Assembly: GCA_963739365.1 (NCBI GenBank)
Contig: CAVUAG010000006.1
Coordinates: 55,991 to 119,990, forward strand
DNA length: 64,000 nt
Direction: 5' to 3'
Source of the DNA: an uncultured Chloroflexia bacterium
GTDB lineage: Bacteria > Chloroflexota > Limnocylindria > Limnocylindrales > CSP1-4
Both the position numbers and the translations under genes were made by a program. Positions 41,114 to 49,332 of this stretch are shown one piece after another. The notes beneath the pieces were generated by a model, which saw nothing but the letters and a program-made list of their open reading frames with translations, was not told the DNA's origin and searched no databases. The first letter of the stretch is position 1. Every line of letters starts with the position of its first letter.

Positions 41114-42024
41114 GTGAGCGCCAACGCCTCGGCGACCGTCCTGTCGGTCCTCGGCCTGCGCAAGACCTACGGGTCGCTCGCGGCGGTGGACGGCGTGAGC
41201 CTCGCCGTGGCGGCCGGCGAGGTCGTCGGGCTGCTGGGACCGAACGGCGCGGGCAAGACCACGACGCTCGAGTGCATCGAGGGCCTGCGGCGCCCCGACG
41301 AGGGCGAGGTCCAGATCCTCGGCGACGGCGCCCGACGCGCGGATGCCATGGGCGTGCAGCTGCAGACCGGGGCCCTGCCCGCCGACATGACGGTGGGCGA
41401 GGCGATGCGGTTCTTCTGCGCCTACCACCGCGTCGCACCGCGCGACGATCTCCTCGAGCGCTTCGGGCTCGCCGAAGCGGGCCGCCGGCGCTACGGGGAC
41501 CTGTCGGTCGGGAACCAGCGGCGGCTGGCGCTCGCCCTCGCCATCGCCCACCGGCCGGCCCTGGTCCTGCTCGATGAGCCGACGGCCGGCCTCGACGTCG
41601 CCTCTCGGACCGAGCTGCACGCCATCGTGCGCGAGCTCGCTGCCAGGGGACGGCCGTGCTGCTGGCAACGCACGACATGGCGGAGGCGGAGAAGATCGCC
41701 GACCGCGTCTCCATCCTCCTCCGGGGCCGGGTCGTCGCGGAGGGAACCCCGCGAGAGATCACGGCGACCGGCGCGGCGATGACGAAGGTGTCGGTGGCGA
41801 CCGAGGACGGCGTCTTCGCGACCGGTGCCGTGTCGCTCGCCGCGGCCGCGCTGCGTGACGCCACGGGGGGCTACGCGGTCTACTACAGCAGCGACCCTGC
41901 CGCGACCGTCGCTGCCCTTCTCGCGGAGCTGGAGAGTCGCGGGGACCGGCTGGTGGATCTTCGCGTCGAGCGGCCCAGCCTGGAGGAACGCTTCCTCGAG
42001 ATCACGGGCGGGGGGCCGTCGTGA
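41114..42024 (+). CDS. ABC transporter ATP-binding protein (ABC-2 type), frame break near 41650
   Basis: GTG 41114. GPNGAGKTT, LSVGNQRRLALA, LVLLDEPTAGLD in track ORF 40832..41782. It continues AVLLATHDMAEAEKIADRVSILLRGRVVAEGTP... in track ORF 41656..42024. The stop overlaps the next start. Confidence 0.8.
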
Positions 42025-42846
42025 GCGCGCTCGCCGTCCACTTCGCGTTCCAGTTCAAGAGCATGCTGCGCAACCCCGCCCAGATGCTCCTCAGCTACCT
42101 CTTCCCACTCGCCTTCTACGCCTTCATGGGCCTGGTCATGACGGAGATCAACCCGGGATTCCGCGACAACCTCCTGCCGTCCATGACGATCTTCGCGGTC
42201 CTCACCGGCACCCTCCTCGGGCTGCCGGGGCCCCTCGTGGACGAGCGAGAGGCAGGCATCTACCGGGCGTACCGGGTCAACGGCGTGCCCGCGGCTGCGG
42301 TGCTCGCGATGCCGGCCCTGACGCTCGGCTTCCATGCGCTCATCGCGGCATCACTCGTCGCCGTCTACGGCCGGGCCGGTCTTCGGCGCCCCGCCACCCG
42401 AGAGCTGGGTCGCCCTGGCGCTTGCCACCGTGCTGGGCGCCGCGGTGTTCGCCGCGTTCGGCACGCTCATCGGCGTGGTGTCGGCAAGCTCGCGCGCGAC
42501 GATCCTCCTGTCCCAGGCGATCTTCCTGCCCTCCATGCTCCTCGGCGGCCTCATGGTGCCCCTGGAGAGCCTCCCCGACGGCGCGCAGGTCGCCGCCCTG
42601 TTGCTGCCGACGACCTGGCTGGCGCAGCTCGAGCAGGCGACGGTCTACGGTCGGGAGGTGGTGGTCGACCCCGCGCTGGCGGCCGCGGTCCTCGTCGCGT
42701 CCGCGGCCCTCACGTTCGGGATCGCCGCCTACGCGTTCAACTGGGACAGGAAGAACGCGACGCGGCGGGCACACCCGGCGCTGGCGCTCCTGGCGATCGT
42801 GCCGTTCGTCGTCGGGATGGTCGCGTCCCTGGGCTTGGCGGGCTGA
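42021..42846 (+). CDS. ABC-2 family transporter permease, apparent 1-nt insertion near 42375
   Basis: MSALAVHFAFQFKSMLRNPAQMLLSYLFPLAFYAFMGLVM... in track ORF 42021..43052. It continues PVFGAPPPESWVALALATVLGAAVFAAFGTLIGVV... in track ORF 42334..42846. Confidence 0.75.
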
Positions 42847-43061
42847 TCCGGGGCGGTCTCCAGGACGAGAGCTCAATGATCGCGGGCTCTCACCGACCTG
42901 TGTTCGCGAACCGCACCATCACGAGGAGGTCGATGTCGCTCGACGGCCGCTCGGTCCCGGGCGCCCGCTCCGGGCCAGCCGCGCATGCGGTGCGGCAGAA
43001 CGGTACCAGGAGCTGCGGCAGAATGGTACGGTACCACGCGGCGAAGTGGTAGTCTGGGGCC

Positions 43062-44294
43062 ATGGTCGACTATCTCCCGCGGCTCGTCGATGGACTCCTG
43101 GATGCGCTTCTCGTCGAGCTGCCGGCACTGTTCATCACCGGTCCGCGAGCGACGGGCAAGACCACGACTGCGGCGCGCAGGGCAAGGACCGTCATACGCC
43201 TCGACCGGGAGGCGGAGGCTGCTGCATTCCGGGCCGATCCCGACGCGGCGATGCGCGGCCTTCCGGAGCCGGTCCTCCTGGACGAATGGCAGGCAGTGCC
43301 GGGCGTCCTGGGGGCCGTGAAGCGCGCGGTGGACGCGCGACCCGACCCGGGCCGCTACCTGATCACGGGGTCGATTCGGGGCGACCTCGAAGGCGAGCTG
43401 TGGCCCGGGACCGGTCGGCTCACCCGGATCCCCATGTTCGGCATGACCATCCGGGAGCAGCTCCGGGTGCGTCCGTTCGTCCCGTTCCTCGACAGGGTGG
43501 TTGCGGGCGAAGACCTCCACCCGGCAGCGGACACGCCGGATCTCCGTGGGTACGTCGAGCTGCTGCTGCGGGGCGGGTTCCCGGAGCCGGCCCTCCGACT
43601 GGCGGCGGCGGCGCGCCGCCGGTGGCTCGACAGCTACGTCGAGCACCTGCTGACCCGCGACGCCGAACAGGTCGACGGTGGGCGGGACCCCGTGCGACTG
43701 CGACGCCATCTGGAGGCGCTCGCACTGAACACGGCCGGGATCGTCGAGGATCGAACGCTCTTCGAAGCGTCCGGCATCAACCGCAAGACGGCGCTGGCCT
43801 ATGAACGCCTGCTCGCCAACCTGCTGGTGGTCGAGGCGGTGCCCGCTTGGACCTCGAACCGCCTCAAGCGGCTTGTCCTGTCCCCCAAGCGTTACATGGT
43901 CGATCCTGGTCTCGCTGGCGCTGTGCTCGGCCTCGATGTCGATCTCGTCCTGCGCGATGGAGACCTGCTTGGACGACTGCTCGACACGTTCGTCGCCGCG
44001 CAGCTCCGCGCGGAGCTGGCGAACGCAGCCTCGCGCCCGCGCCTCTACCACGTGCGCCAGCAGCAGGGCCGGTTCGAGGTCGACCTCCTTGCCGAGCTGG
44101 GAGGCGGACGTCTCGTCGGGATCGAGGTCAAAGCCGATGCGGCCCCGACCGGCGACAGCGCGCGACACCTTGCGGCGCTTCGGGACAGGTATCCGGACAC
44201 GTTCGTCGCCGGGATCGTGCTGCACACGGGTCCGCGCGCATACCGGCTGGGCGATCGGCTACTCGCCGCACCGATCTCAGCCCTGTGGAGCTGA
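43062..44294 (+). CDS. AAA-type ATPase with DUF4143-like C-terminal domain (COG1373 type)
   Basis: Intact, 410 aa. P-loop ITGPRATGKTT and Walker-B-like VLLDEWQ. The C-terminal FEVDLL...GIEVKA block is typical of the restriction-endonuclease-like DUF4143 module. Confidence 0.7.
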   Translation: MVDYLPRLVDGLLDALLVELPALFITGPRATGKTTTAARRARTVIRLDREAEAAAFRADPDAAMRGLPEPVLLDEWQAVPGVLGAVKRAVDARPDPGRYLITGSIRGDLEGELWPGTGRLTRIPMFGMTIREQLRVRPFVPFLDRVVAGEDLHPAADTPDLRGYVELLLRGGFPEPALRLAAAARRRWLDSYVEHLLTRDAEQVDGGRDPVRLRRHLEALALNTAGIVEDRTLFEASGINRKTALAYERLLANLLVVEAVPAWTSNRLKRLVLSPKRYMVDPGLAGAVLGLDVDLVLRDGDLLGRLLDTFVAAQLRAELANAASRPRLYHVRQQQGRFEVDLLAELGGGRLVGIEVKADAAPTGDSARHLAALRDRYPDTFVAGIVLHTGPRAYRLGDRLLAAPISALWS

Positions 44295-44369
44295 TCGCCC
44301 GACGATCGGGTGCTGGTCGTTGATGGCACCCCGGTCCCGGTCGAGGCGTTCGCGCGAGGTCCGTGGACC

Positions 44370-45308
44370 CTAGTCCGGCACCCGCACGCTCGCCCACCAG
44401 TCGGCGTCCGGACGGAACGGGAGGGCCGGTCGCCCAACTGCATCGGTGTCCAGTCGGTAGACGAGTCCGGCGGCAGGCTCGGCGCGACGCCGCTCGTCGC
44501 TCCAGCCCTCGGTCGCGGTGGTGACATAGAGTCGGTTCATTCCCGGCCCCCCGAACGCACAGCACGTGCTCTGCTCGGCAGGTACCTCGAGCACCTGGCG
44601 CAGCAGGCCGTCCGGTGCGTGGCGGCGAACGCACCCACCCCCGTAGACGGCCACCCAGAGGTCCCCGGCGGCGTCCACGGTCAGGCCGTCCGGCGCGCCG
44701 ACCTCCTCGGGGATGGTGATCAGCACGCGGTCCCCCGAGATCGTGCCGGCCTCGCCGTCGAAGTCGAAGGCATGGACCACCCCCGGGATGCTGTCGGCCA
44801 GGTACATCGTGCCCCCGTCCGGGCTCCAGCCGAGCCCGTTGGAGATCGTCAGCCCGCCGAGGACCTGCTCGACCCGCCCGTCCCGGTCCAGTCGATACAG
44901 GGCTCCACCTCCGGCGTGGTGATCGTCGGCGAGCGTGCCGGCCCAGAAGCGGCCCTGCGGGTCGCAGGCCGCGTCGTTCATCCGGGTCCCCGCCGGGGCA
45001 ACCTCGGCAAGCGTCCGCTGGCGGCCGTCCGGCCGCAGGTGGACGAACCCGCGCCCGGCCGCCAGCAGCCAGCCGTCATCGCCCTCGATCGGGGTGATCG
45101 CCCCGACCGTGCCCGGCACCCGGTACGCGCGAACCGGGACGAGGCCGCCGTCCGCGGCGACCCGGTCGCGGTAGACGCGCCCGGCGACGATGTCCACGCG
45201 CAGGAGCTCGGCGCGCCGGGCGTCCCAGCGGGCTCCCTCGCCGAGCACGGTCTGCTCGGTCGTGCAGGCGACCGCGCCACCGGACGCGCCCGGAGCGCCG
45301 TGATCCAC
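44370..45308 (-). CDS. SMP-30/gluconolactonase/LRE family protein
   Basis: Intact, 312 aa. GEGARWD, NDAACDPQGRFWAGT, SNGLGWSPDG, PDGLTVDAAGDLWVA, LYVTTA. Confidence 0.85.
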   Translation of the reverse strand: MDHGAPGASGGAVACTTEQTVLGEGARWDARRAELLRVDIVAGRVYRDRVAADGGLVPVRAYRVPGTVGAITPIEGDDGWLLAAGRGFVHLRPDGRQRTLAEVAPAGTRMNDAACDPQGRFWAGTLADDHHAGGGALYRLDRDGRVEQVLGGLTISNGLGWSPDGGTMYLADSIPGVVHAFDFDGEAGTISGDRVLITIPEEVGAPDGLTVDAAGDLWVAVYGGGCVRRHAPDGLLRQVLEVPAEQSTCCAFGGPGMNRLYVTTATEGWSDERRRAEPAAGLVYRLDTDAVGRPALPFRPDADWWASVRVPD

Positions 45309-45323
45309 GCTAGAGGGCCAGCT

Positions 45324-46178
45324 TCACGCCGTTGCGTCGCCGGCCTTGACGAAACGGCCGCCGGGGCCCCGCGTCCGCGCTCCCGGCGTTGGCGGCTCCT
45401 CCTTCGGCCGAAGCTCGGCCGAGAAGAACTCGAGGGCCGTCTTCGTCTTCGTCTGCTGGTGGCCGCTGATGGGCACGCCCCGACTGCCCAGGTAGGCGCG
45501 CGCCTCCGCCGCGACCTGGAAGGCTTCCTCCGGCAGGCACTTGGTCGACAGCTCGAGGAGCCGCGAGCCATCCGGGTAGAGCCACATCTCCGCGACGAGG
45601 GGTCGCCCGAGGGTCTTCGGCTCGAAGACCGCCTTGAGGATGAAGGTGGGCCCGAGCGTCACGAAGGACTCGAACTCGATCCCGGCGGGGGCATGCGCCC
45701 TGAAGAAGGCGCGCTGCTCCTTCGAGAAGATGCTCCGCAGCGGGATCGTCCCAGCGGCGGCGTCCCGCACCTCCTGGCCGGTCACCCGGCCTTTCATCGA
45801 CCCGGAGCACACGAAGCCCCCGGGCAGGACGTCGACCTCGACGTTGAAGGCGGGTGAACGCCGAATTTCACGCGGCAGCTCGGAGGGCACCACCGGACGC
45901 AGCTTGACCACGGTGTCGCCACGACCGCCCTGCCGGCGCCGGGCACGGACGACGACCCCAGCCTGGTTGAGGAGGAGGTCCGGCGTGTCGAAGAAGTAGA
46001 CCTGGCGCGGCTGGGCCTCGACGGGGTCCATCGGCAGCCTGGCGATGGAGGCGCGCTGGTCCGAGGCCGGGACAGTGAGCTTGAGCTCGACGCTGTCGGA
46101 GCCCCGGATCAGCTCCAGCAGGCGCCCCATCTCGCTGGCCGGGATGCTCGGGGCCGCGATGGCGGTGTCCGTGTCCAC
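45324..46178 (-). CDS. CYTH-like (triphosphate tunnel metalloenzyme fold) protein
   Basis: Intact, 284 aa. Alternating charged beta-strand pattern VELKLTV, VVVRARR, TVVKLRP, FNVEVDV, LELSTK, as in CYTH/TTM barrels. The first acidic residue of the canonical ExExK is Ser here. Confidence 0.5.
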   Translation of the reverse strand: MDTDTAIAAPSIPASEMGRLLELIRGSDSVELKLTVPASDQRASIARLPMDPVEAQPRQVYFFDTPDLLLNQAGVVVRARRRQGGRGDTVVKLRPVVPSELPREIRRSPAFNVEVDVLPGGFVCSGSMKGRVTGQEVRDAAAGTIPLRSIFSKEQRAFFRAHAPAGIEFESFVTLGPTFILKAVFEPKTLGRPLVAEMWLYPDGSRLLELSTKCLPEEAFQVAAEARAYLGSRGVPISGHQQTKTKTALEFFSAELRPKEEPPTPGARTRGPGGRFVKAGDATA

Positions 46179-46358
46179 GATTTCGCTCCTATCCGCGGCG
46201 TCCGCCGCCCATGACGGCGACCGTGCTCGCGATGGTAACCATCCGTCGCATCAGGCGTGCTCCGGCATCGTGTGTCCCCGGACGCTCCCGCTGTCGCGGA
46301 TTCGCGTACGGGCCGTGGACGTCGCGGCGAAGGCGTGGGTTCGCGTGAAGCGCTCCGG

Positions 46359-47270
46359 TCAGAACGGTGTCGGGATGTGCTTCAGCGGCAGCTTCATCTC
46401 GACGTGCTTGGTGTTCACCTTGCGCTTCGGCAGCTCGACGTCCCGGACCGCCAGCGGTGCATAGGGGACCCGGCTGAGGAGGTGGCTGATGATGTTGAGC
46501 CGTCCCCGCTTCTTGTCGTCCGTGTGGGCGATGTACCAGGGCGCCCACGGCGTGTCGGTCGCCTCGAACATGGCGTCGCGGGCCTGCGAGTAGTCGTCCC
46601 AGCGGCCGTACGACTTGAGGTCCATGTCGGTCAGCTTCCAGGTCTTGCGTGGGTCATGGATGCGCCCCTCGAGGCGGCGCGTCTGCTCCTCGGGGCTGAC
46701 CTCCAGCCAGTACTTGACCAGGATGATCCCGTTGTCGACCATCGCCCTCTCGACGCCGGGCGTCTGCTCGAGAAACCTCTTCGCCTGTTCTGGGGTGCAG
46801 AAGCCCATGACCCGCTCCACGCCGGCGCGGTTGTACCAGCTGCGGTCGAAGATCACGACCTCGCCGGCGGCCGGGAAGTGCGCCATGTACCGCTGGACGT
46901 ACATCTGGCTCTTCTCGCGCTCCGTCGGCGCGGGCAGGGCGACGACCCTGAACACCCGCGGGCTGACCCGCTCTGTGATCCGCTTGATCGTGCCGCCCTT
47001 GCCGGCCGTGTCCCGGCCCTCGAACACGATGCAGACCTTGGCGCCGGTCGCCTTCACCCATTCCTGCATCGCCACGAGCTCGCCGTGGAGACGGCGCATC
47101 TCGCGCTCGTACTCCTTGGTGTTCATCTTCGAGGGTGAGCCGGGCTGGGTCGCCGCGGCCTGGGTGGTCCCAGCGCTCGGCTGGGCCTGGCCCTTTTCGG
47201 GCTTGCTGGCCTTCGTGTTCTTCTTCTTCGCCACGGATCTGATCCTTCCTGGGGTCGCGGACGCGAGCAT
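46359..47270 (-). CDS. ppk2: Polyphosphate kinase 2
   Basis: Intact, 303 aa. VCIVFEGRDTAGKGGTIKRI (Walker A), FDRSWYNRAGVERVMGF, KYWLEVSPEEQTRRL, PWYIAHTDDKKRGRLN. Confidence 0.9.
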   Translation of the reverse strand: MLASATPGRIRSVAKKKNTKASKPEKGQAQPSAGTTQAAATQPGSPSKMNTKEYEREMRRLHGELVAMQEWVKATGAKVCIVFEGRDTAGKGGTIKRITERVSPRVFRVVALPAPTEREKSQMYVQRYMAHFPAAGEVVIFDRSWYNRAGVERVMGFCTPEQAKRFLEQTPGVERAMVDNGIILVKYWLEVSPEEQTRRLEGRIHDPRKTWKLTDMDLKSYGRWDDYSQARDAMFEATDTPWAPWYIAHTDDKKRGRLNIISHLLSRVPYAPLAVRDVELPKRKVNTKHVEMKLPLKHIPTPF

Positions 47271-47323
47271 CGAGCAGCGGATGGGACGCCTGGGCAGCTG
47301 AGACTCAGCTCGGTCCGCGACGC

Positions 47324-47480
47324 TCAGAACGCCCGGTTGCGCCGGTCCGCCCGCAGGATCGCCTCGGCCTCATGGTAGACGCGGTTGAGCTCGGCCGTCT
47401 CGATGAACGTCATGTCAGGTCACGAATGGCCAGGTAGCCGCGCAGGGCGCCCTGGAGGGAGCATCGCCGAGGCGGCGATG
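47324..47480 (-). pseudogene. Internally deleted remnant of a paralog of the ART-like gene at 49333..50335
   Basis: 47324-47413 encodes MTFIETAELNRVYHEAEAILRADRRNRAF-stop. By my alignment it matches 49331-49424 at about 87/94 nt. It is immediately followed by a block matching 49826-49895 (LQGALRGYLAIRDLT versus VQRALRGYLATRGLT). About 400 nt of the parent gene, including its R and STT motifs, are absent. Confidence 0.7.
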
Positions 47481-47534
47481 ACGGGCCTCCCGCCCGAGGT
47501 CGCCGCGAGACGGCGGGACGCGCCTGCGCTCTGC

Positions 47535-49223
47535 CTACCCCCGGTCCCGGAAGCGTGCCATGAGGCTCCTCGTGGCGCTCGGATAGCTGAGCCCGGCCTG
47601 ACGGAGGATCCAGTCGCCCGAGAGCTCGTCGAACGTCGCCGGGAGCGGGCCACCACCGGGGGGCAGCAGTCCCGCCCACGCCTCCCCGGGGTCGGCCTGG
47701 ACCGTCGCCGACCCGGCGGTCGTGACCCGGCGGCGCGGACCGAAGAGCCGCGTGTCGACCTGGCTCACGGCCGGGCCGACTCCCGGAGGCTCGAGGAGGA
47801 GGCACGGCAACCCCGGGTCGGCGCTGATCGTCTCCGACGGCTCGGCCCCCACGTTCGGCGTGAACGTGACGCGCATGACGTCCCGCCCCTCGTGGGCAAC
47901 GCGACCGAGCCAGGCGCCGTCCGTCACCTCGAGCTCGATGTGGTCGGCGACGTACTTGGGGAAGCCGATCGACCGGCCGCCGTCACACGCCGTCTGGTCG
48001 TCGACGGGCATCGTGACCACGTACCAGCCGCTCTGCCGCCCATGGCGACAGGCGAGGAGGATGTAGCCCTCGCCGTAGGGCACCAGCGGGGCATCCACGC
48101 CGTGGTAATCGATGACCGAGCCGACGACGAGCGGCGAATCCGGCATCTCGAAGGCCGCGGGGAGCAGCGAGCGGTAGAGCGCCGCATCGGCGGGCGAGAA
48201 GGCGACGGTGATGCCGCGCTGGCCGTGGTAGCCCCACGGGCGCACCTGCGGCGGCTCCACCGCCAGCGGGGCCGGGAGCGATGGTGACGCGGGGGTGGTG
48301 CTCGCGACCTCCCTCGTCCCTGATGTCACGAAGTCGGGTCGGGCGTAGGCGGGGCCGGGGTAGCGGTAGAAGCCCTCGCCGCTCTTGATGCCCACGCAGC
48401 CGCGGTCGAGATACCCCCTGAGGAACGTGGCGTTGCGGCGCAGCTGCGCATCGCCGCTGACCCCCGCCCAGTAGTCGGTGATGTGCCAGACCGTGTCGAG
48501 GCCGACACCGTCGAGCATCCCGAACGGCCCGATCGGCATCTTGAAGATGGCCATCCAGGCGCGGTCGACATCCTCCACCGAGGCGACCCCGTTGGCGGCC
48601 AGCGTGATCGCTTCCCGGTTGACGGCGTTGTACATGGCGTTGAACACGTAGCCGGGGCTCTCCTTGCGGACATGGATCGGGATCTGCCCGATCTTCCGGG
48701 CGAACGCCCACAGGAGGTCGGTCGTCTCCGGCGCCGTTCCCGGGAGCGGCATCACGTCGACGACGTTCGACTGCCAGACCGGCGTGTGAAAGTGCAACGC
48801 CGCGAAGCGGTCCAGCCGGCCCGAGGCCGCAGCGAAGGTCGAGGGCAGCAGGGTCGAGGTGTTCGTCGTGAAGATCGTGCGGGACGGGCAGAGGGCATCG
48901 AACTGCCCGAGGACGCGGCCCTTCAGGGCGGGGTCCTCCGGCACGGACTCGCTCAGGATGTCCGCCTCCGCCGCAGCGGCGGCCGGGTCCGACGTCCAGG
49001 TGACGCGGCCGAGCGCCTGGTCGCGCGTGGCCGACCCGATGCGACCGGTCGCCACGAGCTCCTCCGCGTAGGCGCGCATGCGCCGGGCCCCCGCGTCGAG
49101 GGCGGCGGGCTCGAGGTCATACATGGCCACGTCGTAGCCATGGGTGGCGCACTGCAGCCCGATCTGGAGGCCCATCGTGCCGCTGCCCACGATCAGCACG
49201 CGCCGAACGTCCGCGATGTCCAT
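47535..49223 (-). CDS. 3-hydroxyacyl-CoA dehydrogenase fused to an acetoacetate decarboxylase-like (ADC) domain
   Basis: Intact, 562 aa. N-terminal Rossmann VLIVGSGTMGLQIG, then SESVPEDPALK, TNTSTL, ESPGYVFNAM, GPFGMLDGVGLD. After a Pro/Ser linker comes a ~250-aa domain with ADC-family-like text (YGEGYILLACRHGRQSGWYVVTMPVDDQTACDGGRSIGFPKY). Confidence 0.75.
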   Translation of the reverse strand: MDIADVRRVLIVGSGTMGLQIGLQCATHGYDVAMYDLEPAALDAGARRMRAYAEELVATGRIGSATRDQALGRVTWTSDPAAAAAEADILSESVPEDPALKGRVLGQFDALCPSRTIFTTNTSTLLPSTFAAASGRLDRFAALHFHTPVWQSNVVDVMPLPGTAPETTDLLWAFARKIGQIPIHVRKESPGYVFNAMYNAVNREAITLAANGVASVEDVDRAWMAIFKMPIGPFGMLDGVGLDTVWHITDYWAGVSGDAQLRRNATFLRGYLDRGCVGIKSGEGFYRYPGPAYARPDFVTSGTREVASTTPASPSLPAPLAVEPPQVRPWGYHGQRGITVAFSPADAALYRSLLPAAFEMPDSPLVVGSVIDYHGVDAPLVPYGEGYILLACRHGRQSGWYVVTMPVDDQTACDGGRSIGFPKYVADHIELEVTDGAWLGRVAHEGRDVMRVTFTPNVGAEPSETISADPGLPCLLLEPPGVGPAVSQVDTRLFGPRRRVTTAGSATVQADPGEAWAGLLPPGGGPLPATFDELSGDWILRQAGLSYPSATRSLMARFRDRG

Positions 49224-49332
49224 GCCAGCACCTCGACTCGACTGACCGAGATTGACCGTGGACGCGCGACCTCAGGATACGGGACTCCATAGGGCGGGCT
49301 GGCAGCCGGCAGGCAACTCGATCCTGTCACGC

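Noticed and set aside
39236-42916. Shared 13-mer TCGCGAACCGCAC (containing the near-palindrome GTTCGCGAAC) at about 39236 and about 42903. It flanks the aminotransferase/ABC block and might have marked the boundaries of a second insertion.
   Set aside because: I made a back-of-envelope estimate. There are roughly 4e9 position pairs on both strands, with a per-base match probability near 0.3 at this composition. That predicts hundreds of chance 13-mer matches, so this one is not significant on its own.
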